DNA of 59,635 nt from Nitrososphaeraceae archaeon (lineage in GTDB: Archaea; Thermoproteota; Nitrososphaeria; Nitrososphaerales; Nitrososphaeraceae): positions 1-59,635 of the forward strand of contig DATEFQ010000119.1 of NCBI GenBank assembly GCA_035280585.1, given 5' to 3'. This document shows positions 29,814 through 40,309 of the stretch, piece after piece. A program made the translations under genes and the position numbers. Position 1 is the first letter of the stretch; each line of letters opens with the position of its first letter. The notes below the pieces were generated by a model. It did not search any database. It was not told the DNA's origin and saw nothing but the letters and a program-made list of their open reading frames with translations.

Positions 29814-31190
29814 TTGCAAAAAAAATTACTCCTAGATTTATTAAAATCTCGTCGTGGTATTATTGGAGTATCAATTATTGGTTTTCTATTGGTTTTGAGT
29901 GCAATCGCACCATTAATTATCCCACTTGAATCTTATTTTCGGTGGAATGATCCAGAATATTGGATTAATAATCCAAAAACAGTGGCTCCAGTTTGGACTA
30001 ATTTTTTTGGACCCAAAGAATTCGAGCATATATCGTTGGATAAGAACGACGCAAAAGTTATTTCTGTGTCATCAGAAGGGACTATAGTAGATAATTATAC
30101 CTTTCAAGTGGATATGCAAGCCGATAGTTTTCCTGATGACATTATGTTTCTTTACCAAGTCAAATATGGTGATATACCTCCTGTTTTGCAAATTGATGTT
30201 AACAGACCTGATAACAATACCTTTACTGTATATTATTCATCATTACCTCCAATAAATAATGCTAACACTAGTTTTTCAGACAGAATATTTTCTACAAACG
30301 AAAATATCAAACAGTCACTGAAGCAATATGAAAGCATGTTTAATTATTCCATATCAGGTCTTGAATCCCAAGTAGTAATATTTTCAGATACCAATAAACC
30401 AAATGTCCTTAAAGGAACGTATCACATTTCAGAAAGGTTCTATTTATTTGATAATTATAGCAGTGTGGAAGATGCTGGCTTAATTCTTGGAGGTAAAGTA
30501 TTTGGTATCATGGGAACTGATGACTTGAGAAGAGATCTTGCTGTTGGGATCATATGGGGCACCCCCATAGCATTATTCATAGGACTAACTGTTTCAATAT
30601 TTTCGATAGCTATTGGACTAATTTATGGTGTAATAGCTGGATATAGAGGAAAGAGAACTGATGAGACGATGATGCGAGTCAACGATATATTTTATGCGTT
30701 GCCAACTTTACCGCTCCTTATTCTTCTGTCGATTACGTTTGGGCGAAGTATCTTTTTGATAATCGGGTTTATACTAATTTTCAGTTGGATGGGAACTGCA
30801 AAAGTAATTAGAAGTATTGCATTGCAAATTCGCAACTATCAATATGTGGAAGCAGCTAAACTAATGGGACAGTCAGATTTAATGGTAATTTTCAAACACA
30901 TAGTTCCACAACTACTTCCATTGACATTTGCGAGTATAGCAATCGCTGTGCCTGCAGCTATACTTGCTGAGGCTGCATTGAGTTTTATTGGTTTAGGAGA
31001 CCCAACTTTACCTACTTGGGGACAAATACTTCACGATGCAAATACTGCAGATGCCGCCTCAAGGGGCATATGGTGGTGGATTATTCCTCCTGGACTTATG
31101 ATCGCTCTAACTGCTTTGGCCTTCTTCTTGATTGGAAATACACTGGATGCAATCGCAAATCCTCTGAGAAATAAGAATAAGAGTACATAA
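29814..31190 (+). CDS. Peptide/nickel ABC transporter permease (DppC/OppC type) with a large extracellular insert
   Basis: MGTDDLRRD, YVEAAKLMG, KHIVP, LSFIGLG, WGQIL, PPGL. Confidence 0.92.
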   Translation: MQKKLLLDLLKSRRGIIGVSIIGFLLVLSAIAPLIIPLESYFRWNDPEYWINNPKTVAPVWTNFFGPKEFEHISLDKNDAKVISVSSEGTIVDNYTFQVDMQADSFPDDIMFLYQVKYGDIPPVLQIDVNRPDNNTFTVYYSSLPPINNANTSFSDRIFSTNENIKQSLKQYESMFNYSISGLESQVVIFSDTNKPNVLKGTYHISERFYLFDNYSSVEDAGLILGGKVFGIMGTDDLRRDLAVGIIWGTPIALFIGLTVSIFSIAIGLIYGVIAGYRGKRTDETMMRVNDIFYALPTLPLLILLSITFGRSIFLIIGFILIFSWMGTAKVIRSIALQIRNYQYVEAAKLMGQSDLMVIFKHIVPQLLPLTFASIAIAVPAAILAEAALSFIGLGDPTLPTWGQILHDANTADAASRGIWWWIIPPGLMIALTALAFFLIGNTLDAIANPLRNKNKST

Positions 31191-31245
31191 AGTTATTAGA
31201 GTTGAAGTTTATTCAGTCGAAAGTATTGTTGTCTTATCGATTTTT

Positions 31246-32199
31246 CTACAGATTAATATTAAAATTTTTTTCTGCTACTATAAAGTCCACAAAGTAAAAG
31301 AGGTACGTCCTATCATTCATTTTCATTATCCATGGAAGATACGACTGCTCTTTATCTATTTTGTATCCGAGTTTTCCTAATATTTTTCTGATCTGGATGG
31401 CATCAAATTTATCTTTACTATAATCATCAAGAAAATGATATGGATCGACTAGAATCAATTTACCATTCTTTTGTAAGGAACCGTTTATTGCAAGAATTAA
31501 TTTGCTGAAGTCTAGCCTATCAATAACGTTTAAGCCAATTATATTATTAAAAAAATTCGGTTTAAATGGGAGATTTGTAGCATCAGCTACCATAAATTCC
31601 ATGTTTCTTTTTTTCCTACTGCGCATTAATTTTCTAGCTTCTAATATGAAAGAAAATGAAAGATCTATTCCGAATACATAAGATAGCTTTTTTGAGATTT
31701 CAAATGTGCTTATACCTATAGAGCAACCAATGTCCAGTCCAATTCCATTCAAATTAAGATCTTCATTTGTCAACTTTTTGTAAATATCGTGAGGGTTTAG
31801 TTGCTTTTTAAAAAGAGATAACAGTCTATCATTTGAAGGGTAACGATTAAGAGTATTTAGATAAGGTTTATACCAAATACCATTCTCTTCGTAACGATCA
31901 TTGCACGTAGGAACGCGGATTTTTAAACCTTCTGATTTAAGAAATGATTTAATTTCAGGTGAATTAGAATTTAATATCCACTTACCAAAAGTAATAATTC
32001 TTTTGCATGCATATTCGTGAAAATTCTCCAATAAAATTGGTATCCCTTGAATTATTGGATATTTTGAGTTGCAAATTTTACAACTTAGAAATCCTTCTAC
32101 ACATTCATCTTTCGTTCCTACGAATGATTCTAGTTTGAGTCCAGTCTTATTGCATGTCTTTTGTAAGCAACATAAATCTGTAGCTACCTTTTTTATCAA
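31246..32199 (-). CDS. Class I SAM-dependent methyltransferase with N-terminal Trm112-like Zn-ribbon domain
   Basis: CCLQKTC...CKICNSKYPIIQGIPILL (Trm112-like); LDIGCSIG, GIDLS, VADATNLPF. Confidence 0.8.
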   Translation of the reverse strand: MIKKVATDLCCLQKTCNKTGLKLESFVGTKDECVEGFLSCKICNSKYPIIQGIPILLENFHEYACKRIITFGKWILNSNSPEIKSFLKSEGLKIRVPTCNDRYEENGIWYKPYLNTLNRYPSNDRLLSLFKKQLNPHDIYKKLTNEDLNLNGIGLDIGCSIGISTFEISKKLSYVFGIDLSFSFILEARKLMRSRKKRNMEFMVADATNLPFKPNFFNNIIGLNVIDRLDFSKLILAINGSLQKNGKLILVDPYHFLDDYSKDKFDAIQIRKILGKLGYKIDKEQSYLPWIMKMNDRTYLFYFVDFIVAEKNFNINL

Positions 32200-32313
32200 T
32201 TTCTACTTTGTCTCCTCAAAATATGTATAATCCCATTTATAGCAATAGACGCTTTGGATCTATTATTATATCTCATTCATGGTTAATATCTTGAAGAGTT
32301 AGTATATATTCAT

Positions 32314-33186
32314 TCATCTGTCGTTAATTTCAGATCGTATTGAATATAATTTTTCATATGATGCTGCAATGTTTGCCTTATTGGTATAATCCTTCTTAAT
32401 CCTACTTATTCTTTTTTCCAGCTTGAATTTATTTTTATTTATTATGGTGAATAATTTAGCAGACTCTTGATTAAACTTTTTTAAATATTTTAATAATTCC
32501 TTGTTATCTACAAGTAGTGACGTTATTAGTGACGAATTATCTGTTAAAATACTTTCAAATAGCAATGCTTGAAGATAAAAAGTAGTTCCTGAAAATTTTC
32601 TTAATAAAGTAATGTTTTCTTTGCTTAAGGTAACAGCTAGCAACAAATTAACGTAATAAACTATCCCTAGAATCACGGCCATAAATGAATCATGATATTT
32701 TGGACCTTTTACTACTATTGTTTTTGTCTCATTAAATAAAGAATTAACTATTTTTTGCTCTGTCTCTTTGTTTCTAACCGGTATTATCAGTATTTTTGTA
32801 TCACGCAGCCTCTTAGCCCCTGGACCAAACATCGGATGAATTGAAAGAGGTACCAAATCACGTGGAATTTTTAACAAAGTATCAAAGACATCAGTCTTGA
32901 TGGAAGATATCTCTACTATGCAGGCGCCTTTTTTCATAATTGGCACGCATTTATTAATGATAGAGCTTGTTATGCTGATAGGTACACATACAATTACAAT
33001 ATCCGCCTTTCTAACACATGTGTTCAAAGAGTTACAGATAGTTACTCTGTATTGGTATTTTTTTAAATCCAAATTGATTTTTCTCTTATCAAACAGTGAT
33101 ACATTAAAGTTATTTTTTTTCGAAAAATAGTTGCAGAACCAAAGACCCATTTTTCCAGTACCTATAATCGCAACGGATTTGACCAT
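32314..33186 (-). CDS. tyrA: Prephenate/arogenate dehydrogenase
   Basis: IIGTGKMG, EISSIK, IHPMFGP, HDSFMA; last gene of the aro operon. Confidence 0.9.
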   Translation of the reverse strand: MVKSVAIIGTGKMGLWFCNYFSKKNNFNVSLFDKRKINLDLKKYQYRVTICNSLNTCVRKADIVIVCVPISITSSIINKCVPIMKKGACIVEISSIKTDVFDTLLKIPRDLVPLSIHPMFGPGAKRLRDTKILIIPVRNKETEQKIVNSLFNETKTIVVKGPKYHDSFMAVILGIVYYVNLLLAVTLSKENITLLRKFSGTTFYLQALLFESILTDNSSLITSLLVDNKELLKYLKKFNQESAKLFTIINKNKFKLEKRISRIKKDYTNKANIAASYEKLYSIRSEINDR

Positions 33187-33190
33187 TATG

Positions 33191-34570
33191 TCACACTTTC
33201 ATAACTTTTTTTAATATTTTTAACCCATAATTTAGCACTTTAGTTGGTTGACAAGCTGAAATTCTTATGAAATCGAAATATGGCTCTCCAAATCCAATTC
33301 CAGGCGCTACAGCGACACCCTCATTTAACAGGTTAAATATAATCTTATTAACGTCTACATCATTTTTAAATCTAACAAAATAGTACATGCCGCCGTCTGG
33401 ATAAACGAATTGGCAGGGTAAATTTGCTAATTCACTTCTTATGAAATCTAGGCGCCTTTTCATTAACGATATATTCTTGGTAACGTTACTTTTCATTGCC
33501 GCAACAGCAGCATACTGCATCGGCTCTGCAACACTGGTGATTGCCATTGCTTGAATTTTGGATATTCTGTCTATAATAACCTTTGAACTTATTGCATATC
33601 CAACTCTAAAACCTGTCATTGCATGACTCTTTGAGAATGAAGATACCATTATACTCTTATCGTAATCAAATTCTAAAATGCTCTTATAGGGGATATAGGA
33701 ATATTTTGAGTATACTTCATCACTAAGTACAACTAGATCATTTTCTCTAGCTAATTTGAGGATACCGACAAGCTCTCTTTCTCGAATTATTTTTCCAGTT
33801 GGGTTATTGGGAGAATTTAAAACTATCATTTTTGTATTCGGAGTAATCATCTGCTCCAATTTATCCAAATCGATATCCCATTTTTGTTCTATATTAGTTC
33901 TTATTGCCTTAACCTTCACCCCAATAAAATTTGCACAATCTCTGTAAGCAGGCCAAGCAGGTTCTGAAATGATAATTTCGTCTCCAACTGATGTGTTAGA
34001 CATCATTATACTAAACACTGCAAACCTTGCACCTGGAGTAATTATCACATTTTCTTCCTTTACTGATCTATCTTCAGCTATTAACTTTCTTAGGATAGGA
34101 ATCCCATTGGTCTGAGTGTAGTGAATTCTCTTCTTATCAAAGGTTTTTTGTAACTCATCGTTTACATTAACTGGAGGCATATAATCAGGTTCGCCGACCT
34201 CCAAATGAACTATTTTCTTGCCTTCAGACTCAAGTTGTTTTGCTTTCAAAAACATGGTCATATGATCCAACTTAGGTTCATTTTTTAAAGTATTTGTTTT
34301 TTGAATATTTATTGACTCTACAAATAATAAGTTCAATAATCTGCCAATAAATTGATTGTCCAAGCCAATTTGTGTTCCCAATTCATGAACATAACGTGCA
34401 ATATCTTGTTCAACAGAAATGTCTTCTATTTTCATCATAAGGTTTTTCTTGATATTGCCAATTTCGTTTGCAACACTCATCCTTTTTTGCACTAGCATTA
34501 TTATATCTGCAGTAACGATTCGCATCTCATCCCTCAATCTTTCCAGTTTGAGCTCGTTTTCATTGCCCAT
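33191..34570 (-). CDS. Chorismate mutase domain fused to a class I/II aminotransferase
   Basis: N-terminal AroQ-like helices (LERLRDEM...KRM...IGNIK...ES); HLEVGEPD, NSPNNPTG, SDEVY, SFSKSHAMTGFRVG. Confidence 0.88.
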   Translation of the reverse strand: MGNENELKLERLRDEMRIVTADIIMLVQKRMSVANEIGNIKKNLMMKIEDISVEQDIARYVHELGTQIGLDNQFIGRLLNLLFVESINIQKTNTLKNEPKLDHMTMFLKAKQLESEGKKIVHLEVGEPDYMPPVNVNDELQKTFDKKRIHYTQTNGIPILRKLIAEDRSVKEENVIITPGARFAVFSIMMSNTSVGDEIIISEPAWPAYRDCANFIGVKVKAIRTNIEQKWDIDLDKLEQMITPNTKMIVLNSPNNPTGKIIRERELVGILKLARENDLVVLSDEVYSKYSYIPYKSILEFDYDKSIMVSSFSKSHAMTGFRVGYAISSKVIIDRISKIQAMAITSVAEPMQYAAVAAMKSNVTKNISLMKRRLDFIRSELANLPCQFVYPDGGMYYFVRFKNDVDVNKIIFNLLNEGVAVAPGIGFGEPYFDFIRISACQPTKVLNYGLKILKKVMKV

Positions 34571-35678
34571 TTTTTCTATCGCCTAATACAGGAGGGATAA
34601 GCCCGTACCTAATCGCGTGGTCAGCCAAAATGAAAGATACTAAAGACTCAACGACTGGTATAGCTCGAGGAACAACACATGGGTCATGCCTTCCAGGAAC
34701 AACAATTTCGCATTCAGTATTTGAAACTAGATCTATTGTTTTTTGTTTTATCGCGATTGATGATGCAGGTTTAAATCCAATTTTGATGACCAATGGCATT
34801 CCATTAGTTAAACCTCCCAAAATTCCCCCCGAATTATTTGTCTTTGTTATTATCTTGTTGTCTTTAGATATTGAATATTCATCATTATTTTGAGAGCCCT
34901 TTAGCTTAGCTCCAGAGAAACCTGAGCCAAATTCTATCGCCTTAACGGATGGAATACTGAATAGCGCTTTACTTAAATCAGATTCCATTGAGGAGAATAT
35001 CGGTTCGCCCAAGCCTACCGGCAATCCTACGGATATACATTCAACAATTCCTCCCAACGAATCACCATTTTTCCTCGCCTCGATAATATTAGATTTCATT
35101 TTTTCGGCAATTTTAGGACTAGGACAACGAACATCATTTGTATACCTATTTTGTTTTGCGTCATCGTACGATAATGAATTGCAACTTATTTGACCTATCT
35201 GAGTAGTATAAGCAATAGTCTCAACTCCTAATGTATGCTTCAAGAGCTTTTGCGCTATCGCTCCGCCCATGACCATAGTTGCGGTTAATCTTCCAGAAAA
35301 TCTCCCACTACCTCTATAATCGGCAAATCCCCCATATTTTACGAAAGATGGATAATCAGCATGGCCAGGTCGTGGACTATTCTTAATCACCTCGTATGCT
35401 CTTGAATCTGAATCCTTATTCCATATTATTGCACATATGGGAGCTGAAGTAGTATAGCCATTGAAAATTCCTGATAATATTTCTACCTTATCTTCCTCCT
35501 TTCTCTGGGTTGTAATTATTGACTGTCCAGGTTTACGCTTATCCAATTCTATCTGGAGATCTGATTCAGAGAGTGGAAGTCCAGAAGGGCAACCGTCTAG
35601 TACCATTCCTATACATCTCCCATGACTTTCGCCAAAACTAGTTAAAGTGAGTTGATCCCCCAATACATTGCCGGTCAT
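34560..35678 (-). CDS. aroC: Chorismate synthase
   Basis: FGESHG, RPGHADY, RFSGRLT, NNSGGILGG, FKPASS, GRHDPC. Confidence 0.96.
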   Translation of the reverse strand: MTGNVLGDQLTLTSFGESHGRCIGMVLDGCPSGLPLSESDLQIELDKRKPGQSIITTQRKEEDKVEILSGIFNGYTTSAPICAIIWNKDSDSRAYEVIKNSPRPGHADYPSFVKYGGFADYRGSGRFSGRLTATMVMGGAIAQKLLKHTLGVETIAYTTQIGQISCNSLSYDDAKQNRYTNDVRCPSPKIAEKMKSNIIEARKNGDSLGGIVECISVGLPVGLGEPIFSSMESDLSKALFSIPSVKAIEFGSGFSGAKLKGSQNNDEYSISKDNKIITKTNNSGGILGGLTNGMPLVIKIGFKPASSIAIKQKTIDLVSNTECEIVVPGRHDPCVVPRAIPVVESLVSFILADHAIRYGLIPPVLGDRKNGQ

Positions 35679-35776
35679 TTTATAGATATTGATACCATTT
35701 GTGTGGCATATATATTGCCTTTATGTTAATTTGCGTTACATACAAACCTTGCAAGAGTAATAAAAATAAATCGAGA

Positions 35777-37060
35777 CTAACTTAATTTTGCGCCAATTCG
35801 TCTTATGTCGTGTACAAACGAGGGATAAGATACATTGACTGATTCCAGTCCATCAACAACTGATTTTTCTGTCAGCATTGCTGCTATCACAAAGCTCATG
35901 AAAAGTCTATGATCATCGTGCGAATTAAGGCGCGCATTTTTTAGTTTTTTTGGCGAGATTAACGTAATTTCATCGGAAGATATCTTAGTATTAACTCCGA
36001 GTTTTCTAAGCTCAGATTCAATTATTTTTAACCTATCTGTTTCCTTATAACGCGTGTGAGAAACTCCGTATATCCTTACAGGATTTATCGACTTTAAAGA
36101 TAAAATAGCAACAACAGGGAGCAAATCAGGGGTATCTGAGAGATCAAATTCACCCCCATCAAGTTCTTGAGTTCCGTAAGCTTTTACAGTGCCATTCCTC
36201 TTGTCTATATTAATTATCGCCCCAATTTTCTTAAGTATTTCAAGAATTTTTGAATCACCTTGTGGTAACGAAAAATTTAGGTTACTGACAGTTATTTCAT
36301 CACCTACAAGTGTTCCGGCTGATAATAACAAGGCTGCCGTAGAAAAATCTCCAGGTATAGTAAACATTGTGGGTACATATCTTCTACTTAATATTTTATA
36401 TCTTTTATAATCTTTGGAATATCTTATTTCTGCTCCAAATTTCGACATTATATTAATCGTGGATTCTATATAGGATTTTGAAACCTGTTTTCCAACTACA
36501 CTGATTGAAATTGACGACTCAGCACGAACACCAGCGATTAGAAGTCCTGAAATAAACTGGCTTGAAACTGAACCATCAATAGTAACATCCCCTCCACTAA
36601 TTCTTCCTCCCTGCACAATAATAGGCGCCCTGTCATTTTTTCTAGCAGAAAAACTATTAATGCCAAGTTGTCTCAAAGCAATTAATAGAGGTGCCATTGG
36701 TCTTTTTCTTATACTATCATCTCCTGTGATTACAACATAACCTCTTTTTAGCAGTGACGATATTGCTGAAATGAAACGCATTGTTGTTCCAGAGTTCTCT
36801 ACATTGATAACATTCTGAGGAACCCTTAGAGTATCTTTTCCAGTAATAATTAATTCCTGGTCCCTTCTACTTATTTTTATTCCGAATGCTCTGCATGCTT
36901 CAATGGATGCGATTGTATCTCTTGAAATTAGAGGATTAATAATACGTGATTTTCCATGCGCCAAAGATGAAATGAATATTGCTCTGTGGGTATAGCTTTT
37001 GCTAGGTGGACATTTAACGTTACCATTTAAGTGTGACCTTGTTACGAATATTTTACCCAA
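35777..37060 (-). CDS. aroA: 3-phosphoshikimate 1-carboxyvinyltransferase
   Basis: PPSKSYTHR, NSGTTMR, SSQFISG, PDL, KETDR, DHRL. Confidence 0.96.
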   Translation of the reverse strand: MGKIFVTRSHLNGNVKCPPSKSYTHRAIFISSLAHGKSRIINPLISRDTIASIEACRAFGIKISRRDQELIITGKDTLRVPQNVINVENSGTTMRFISAISSLLKRGYVVITGDDSIRKRPMAPLLIALRQLGINSFSARKNDRAPIIVQGGRISGGDVTIDGSVSSQFISGLLIAGVRAESSISISVVGKQVSKSYIESTINIMSKFGAEIRYSKDYKRYKILSRRYVPTMFTIPGDFSTAALLLSAGTLVGDEITVSNLNFSLPQGDSKILEILKKIGAIINIDKRNGTVKAYGTQELDGGEFDLSDTPDLLPVVAILSLKSINPVRIYGVSHTRYKETDRLKIIESELRKLGVNTKISSDEITLISPKKLKNARLNSHDDHRLFMSFVIAAMLTEKSVVDGLESVNVSYPSFVHDIRRIGAKLS

Positions 37061-37907
37061 CTTCTCTCACAGATATTGCTTTCTGATTATTAGTCTGTGA
37101 AACTATGATCCTGCCGTTTAAATTAGATAATATTGATTTAACCTTTTGAACTTTGCTTTCATGTACTACCGCAGCAATTGCGGGTCCGTTCCCAGAAATG
37201 CTAGCTGCCAAGGCACCATTTTCAAGACATAATCTTGTAATATTATAACTATTTGAAATTAAAGAGGATGTCAATACCCCATTTAGTGTCATAGCTTTCC
37301 AATATTGTCCTGAATAAGCCAATTGGAACGCTTCAAGATATATTTCGGAGAGTAATTTAAGTCTCGTAATATCTCCCCTCTTATTGCTATTGGGCAAATA
37401 TATTACTGCATAAATGTCATTCGGTGAATCTTCACGTTTCAAGAGTTTTCTCTTATAGTTATCTGTGGTAACAAAACCGCCGTAATAACATGCAGTGGAA
37501 TCATCATATGCACCTGTAATTGTAGTTTTTGCATACAATGACGCATCTATAGCACTATTTAGAACAATATCGTCATTGATCTCTCTATTCAAGAGTGATT
37601 TACACGCAAGAGCTACAGCATTTGATACTGCACTTGAACTCTTCAATCCCATGCCTGAGGGTATCTCTGAATTGATATTAATTATTAATTGATTATTGTT
37701 AAGATATTTGGACGCAAGTACGTCATAAATTATTTTTTTTATCATGATGCTTCCTGCTCCTTTTTGAAAAATTATTCCTGAACCCTTCTTTGAATTTATT
37801 TCAACTTTGACTTTAAGAGAAATTCCCATTGCAGAGCCAAATCCCGTTGCAATAGCATTTACTATGGATACGGCCCCATGAACGATTGTTGTTACCTTTA
37901 TTGTCAT
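37053..37907 (-). CDS. aroK: Archaeal (GHMP-type) shikimate kinase
   Basis: GAVSIVNAIATG, GLKSSSA, TITGAYDD, SGNGPA. Confidence 0.93.
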   Translation of the reverse strand: MTIKVTTIVHGAVSIVNAIATGFGSAMGISLKVKVEINSKKGSGIIFQKGAGSIMIKKIIYDVLASKYLNNNQLIININSEIPSGMGLKSSSAVSNAVALACKSLLNREINDDIVLNSAIDASLYAKTTITGAYDDSTACYYGGFVTTDNYKRKLLKREDSPNDIYAVIYLPNSNKRGDITRLKLLSEIYLEAFQLAYSGQYWKAMTLNGVLTSSLISNSYNITRLCLENGALAASISGNGPAIAAVVHESKVQKVKSILSNLNGRIIVSQTNNQKAISVREVG

Positions 37908-38749
37908 GCAGGTTCTCCAAATAATCCAAATAGCACTTTTTTCATAGATTCAACTGGTGGATCGATTTGAAGCCATATTTTAAAGGATGCAGTTGCTTGT
38001 TCAAGTAACATCTCATAACCGTAGACTATTTCAGCACCAGCAGTTCTAGCATTTTCTAGTAAATTGGTAATTATTGGCTTATATACAATATCATATACTA
38101 TCGCCTCTTTTCTTATACTAGAAGATTTAATCAAACTCTTCTCGTTATTCATGCCTAGAGGAGTTGCGTTTATAATGAGATTACACTTCGAAGCAGTATT
38201 CTGAATATCGTCTTTAGAAATAATGGTAGATTCTAATCCCATTTTTTTTATAATGTTTGATAATTTAACAGATCGGTCGGTATTCCAGTTATAAATATTG
38301 ATATTTCTGATACCTTTTTCGCCTGACAAACCAACAGCTATAGCTCTCGCAGCACCCCCCGCCCCCAAGATAAATACCTCAAATCCATTAAAATCGACCT
38401 TTCGATCATGTAAGGGTTTAATGAATCCTATAACATCGGTATTATATGCACAAAATTTCCCATCTTCATTATTGACCGTATTTGCTGCTCCTACTAACTG
38501 GACAGTATTATCTTGGCGGTCAACAAAATCTAATACCTTTACCTTATGTGGCATTGTTACATTAAATCCACCAATCTTTATAGACCGCAAAGAGTCCAGA
38601 GAATATTTCAATTGATCTTCTTGCACTCTAAAGGCAATATAGCTACAGTTAAGACCTAATGTATTAAAAGCGGCGTTATGAATCGCAGGAGATAATGAAT
38701 GATCAATGGGGTCTCCAATTATGCAGAATGTTTTAAAATCAGTAACCAT
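37904..38749 (-). CDS. aroE: Shikimate dehydrogenase
   Basis: HSLSP, NVTMPHK, AANT, NTD, GAGGAAR, NATPLG, YDIVY, MLLEQA. Confidence 0.95.
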   Translation of the reverse strand: MVTDFKTFCIIGDPIDHSLSPAIHNAAFNTLGLNCSYIAFRVQEDQLKYSLDSLRSIKIGGFNVTMPHKVKVLDFVDRQDNTVQLVGAANTVNNEDGKFCAYNTDVIGFIKPLHDRKVDFNGFEVFILGAGGAARAIAVGLSGEKGIRNINIYNWNTDRSVKLSNIIKKMGLESTIISKDDIQNTASKCNLIINATPLGMNNEKSLIKSSSIRKEAIVYDIVYKPIITNLLENARTAGAEIVYGYEMLLEQATASFKIWLQIDPPVESMKKVLFGLFGEPA

Positions 38750-39470
38750 TTTTCAGATTCTTAACTATCCTGTCGTATATTTTTTTCATTAAACCAATTT
38801 CAAGTTGTCCCGGAGCTAAGGGCTTGTCCAGAGAGGCATAAGTATAGGGTGAATTTCCATACAAAGTACACAGTAATCTTGATAAAATCCCATGTTCTCC
38901 CATTGCAAACGCTATTAGATTTGTATTAACGTTGTCGTCGTATAGCGAAAGTATTTTAAAATTGTCTTTTGAATTTGTTGCGGTAGTAACCAATTTAACA
39001 TAGTTACTGTATCCACTCATATCTTCAAATTTTTTTAAAAGCACAGATGTATTCGAAGTACGTCTAAAGTCATGAAAAGATACAAGGACAGGGATTTCAT
39101 TATCGTTTAAAAATTTCCTTAGGTCCTTATCTTGTTTTAGGATCGAGATTTCTATATCAAGTAACATCGGTTTCGTTTTGGCTATCTTCCTTAATAGCGA
39201 AATCTGTTCTCTATGGTTTCCCTCAAAAAATCCTCCTTCATCTTTTGACCTTAAAGTAAAAATTGCCTTATTTTTTATCTTACTAGAAATCTTTAGAGCA
39301 TAGTCTATATTATTGTATATCTTATGATCAAACCTAATTTCCACATAGTCAGCGCCTCTGTGGAAAGCTCTGCTTATTAATGTTGGTAATTTATAAACTG
39401 AATCAGTTGCAAGAGAAACACAAACTTTGGATTTATTCACAGGCAATATTATCAGTTCCTTTGTGCTCAA
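38739..39470 (-). CDS. aroD: Type I 3-dehydroquinate dehydratase
   Basis: VEIRFD, IFTLR..EGG, VSFHDF, KLVT, FAMG, SR, APGQ; exact start uncertain. Confidence 0.92.
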   Translation of the reverse strand: MSTKELIILPVNKSKVCVSLATDSVYKLPTLISRAFHRGADYVEIRFDHKIYNNIDYALKISSKIKNKAIFTLRSKDEGGFFEGNHREQISLLRKIAKTKPMLLDIEISILKQDKDLRKFLNDNEIPVLVSFHDFRRTSNTSVLLKKFEDMSGYSNYVKLVTTATNSKDNFKILSLYDDNVNTNLIAFAMGEHGILSRLLCTLYGNSPYTYASLDKPLAPGQLEIGLMKKIYDRIVKNLKNGY

Positions 39471-40195
39471 TAATTTAACAAATTTGCTTTGGCCAATTCG
39501 GCCCCAATCCCAAATCCCAATAGGGCGATTCCCGTTCCTAAAGCAGACATTTCAATTCCTCCTTTGATCCAACTCTTCTTTGCTAACTTTGCCTTTTTCG
39601 CACCTATTAAAAATGAAGTAGTGAGACTAATTCCAATAGCCATCCACAGCGAATATTGAAGAGGTAAAAAGCCAGCTCTAGAAACCAAGTAGGGTAAAAT
39701 AGGTAAAATTCCTCCAATGAGAAAGGATACGAACATGATAAGAGCTCCTCTTATCGGATTGCCAACAATGTCTAGGTTTAACCCTAATTCTTCAGTCAGC
39801 ATTGTTTTGAGCCAGACTGTTTTATTTGAGATAATTTTATCTGTGACAAGTTTTACCAAATCTTCACCAAAATTTTTAGCGCGATAAATTTCTTCAATTT
39901 CTGAACGTTCTTTTTCGGGATATGCTTCTATCTCATATTCCTCTCTCTTTATCTCAGATTCTAAGACTTCTCTTTGGGATTTTACCGCCAAATAATTTTG
40001 CACTGCCATTGCTTTTGCACCGGTAAACATGCCCACAAGAGCTGCTAATATGATAAAGTCAGCAGAGCTGTTTGCACCTCCGACACCTGCAACAATTCCC
40101 AAAGAAGTATTTATTCCATCACCAAATCCAAATACAAAATCTCTGATGTAGTTAGATTCTTTGATGTGCGGTTCAAGATGTTCTGATTTATTCAA
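39467..40195 (-). CDS. VIT1/CCC1 family Fe/Mn transporter
   Basis: IRDFVFGFGDG, AMAVQNYLAVKSQ, Glu-rich cytosolic domain (EELG), SFLIGGILPILPY; start placed at TTG 40195 (uncertain). Confidence 0.9.
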   Translation of the reverse strand: MNKSEHLEPHIKESNYIRDFVFGFGDGINTSLGIVAGVGGANSSADFIILAALVGMFTGAKAMAVQNYLAVKSQREVLESEIKREEYEIEAYPEKERSEIEEIYRAKNFGEDLVKLVTDKIISNKTVWLKTMLTEELGLNLDIVGNPIRGALIMFVSFLIGGILPILPYLVSRAGFLPLQYSLWMAIGISLTTSFLIGAKKAKLAKKSWIKGGIEMSALGTGIALLGFGIGAELAKANLLNY

Positions 40196-40309
40196 CACAA
40201 ATAATTCGCAGGTTCGGTAATTTAACAATAACATAGAAAATTGATTGTAACAGTATAAAACATTTCATTTTTTTTTGACTTTCAGGCTATATTCTCATAA
40301 TTTTGTGTA

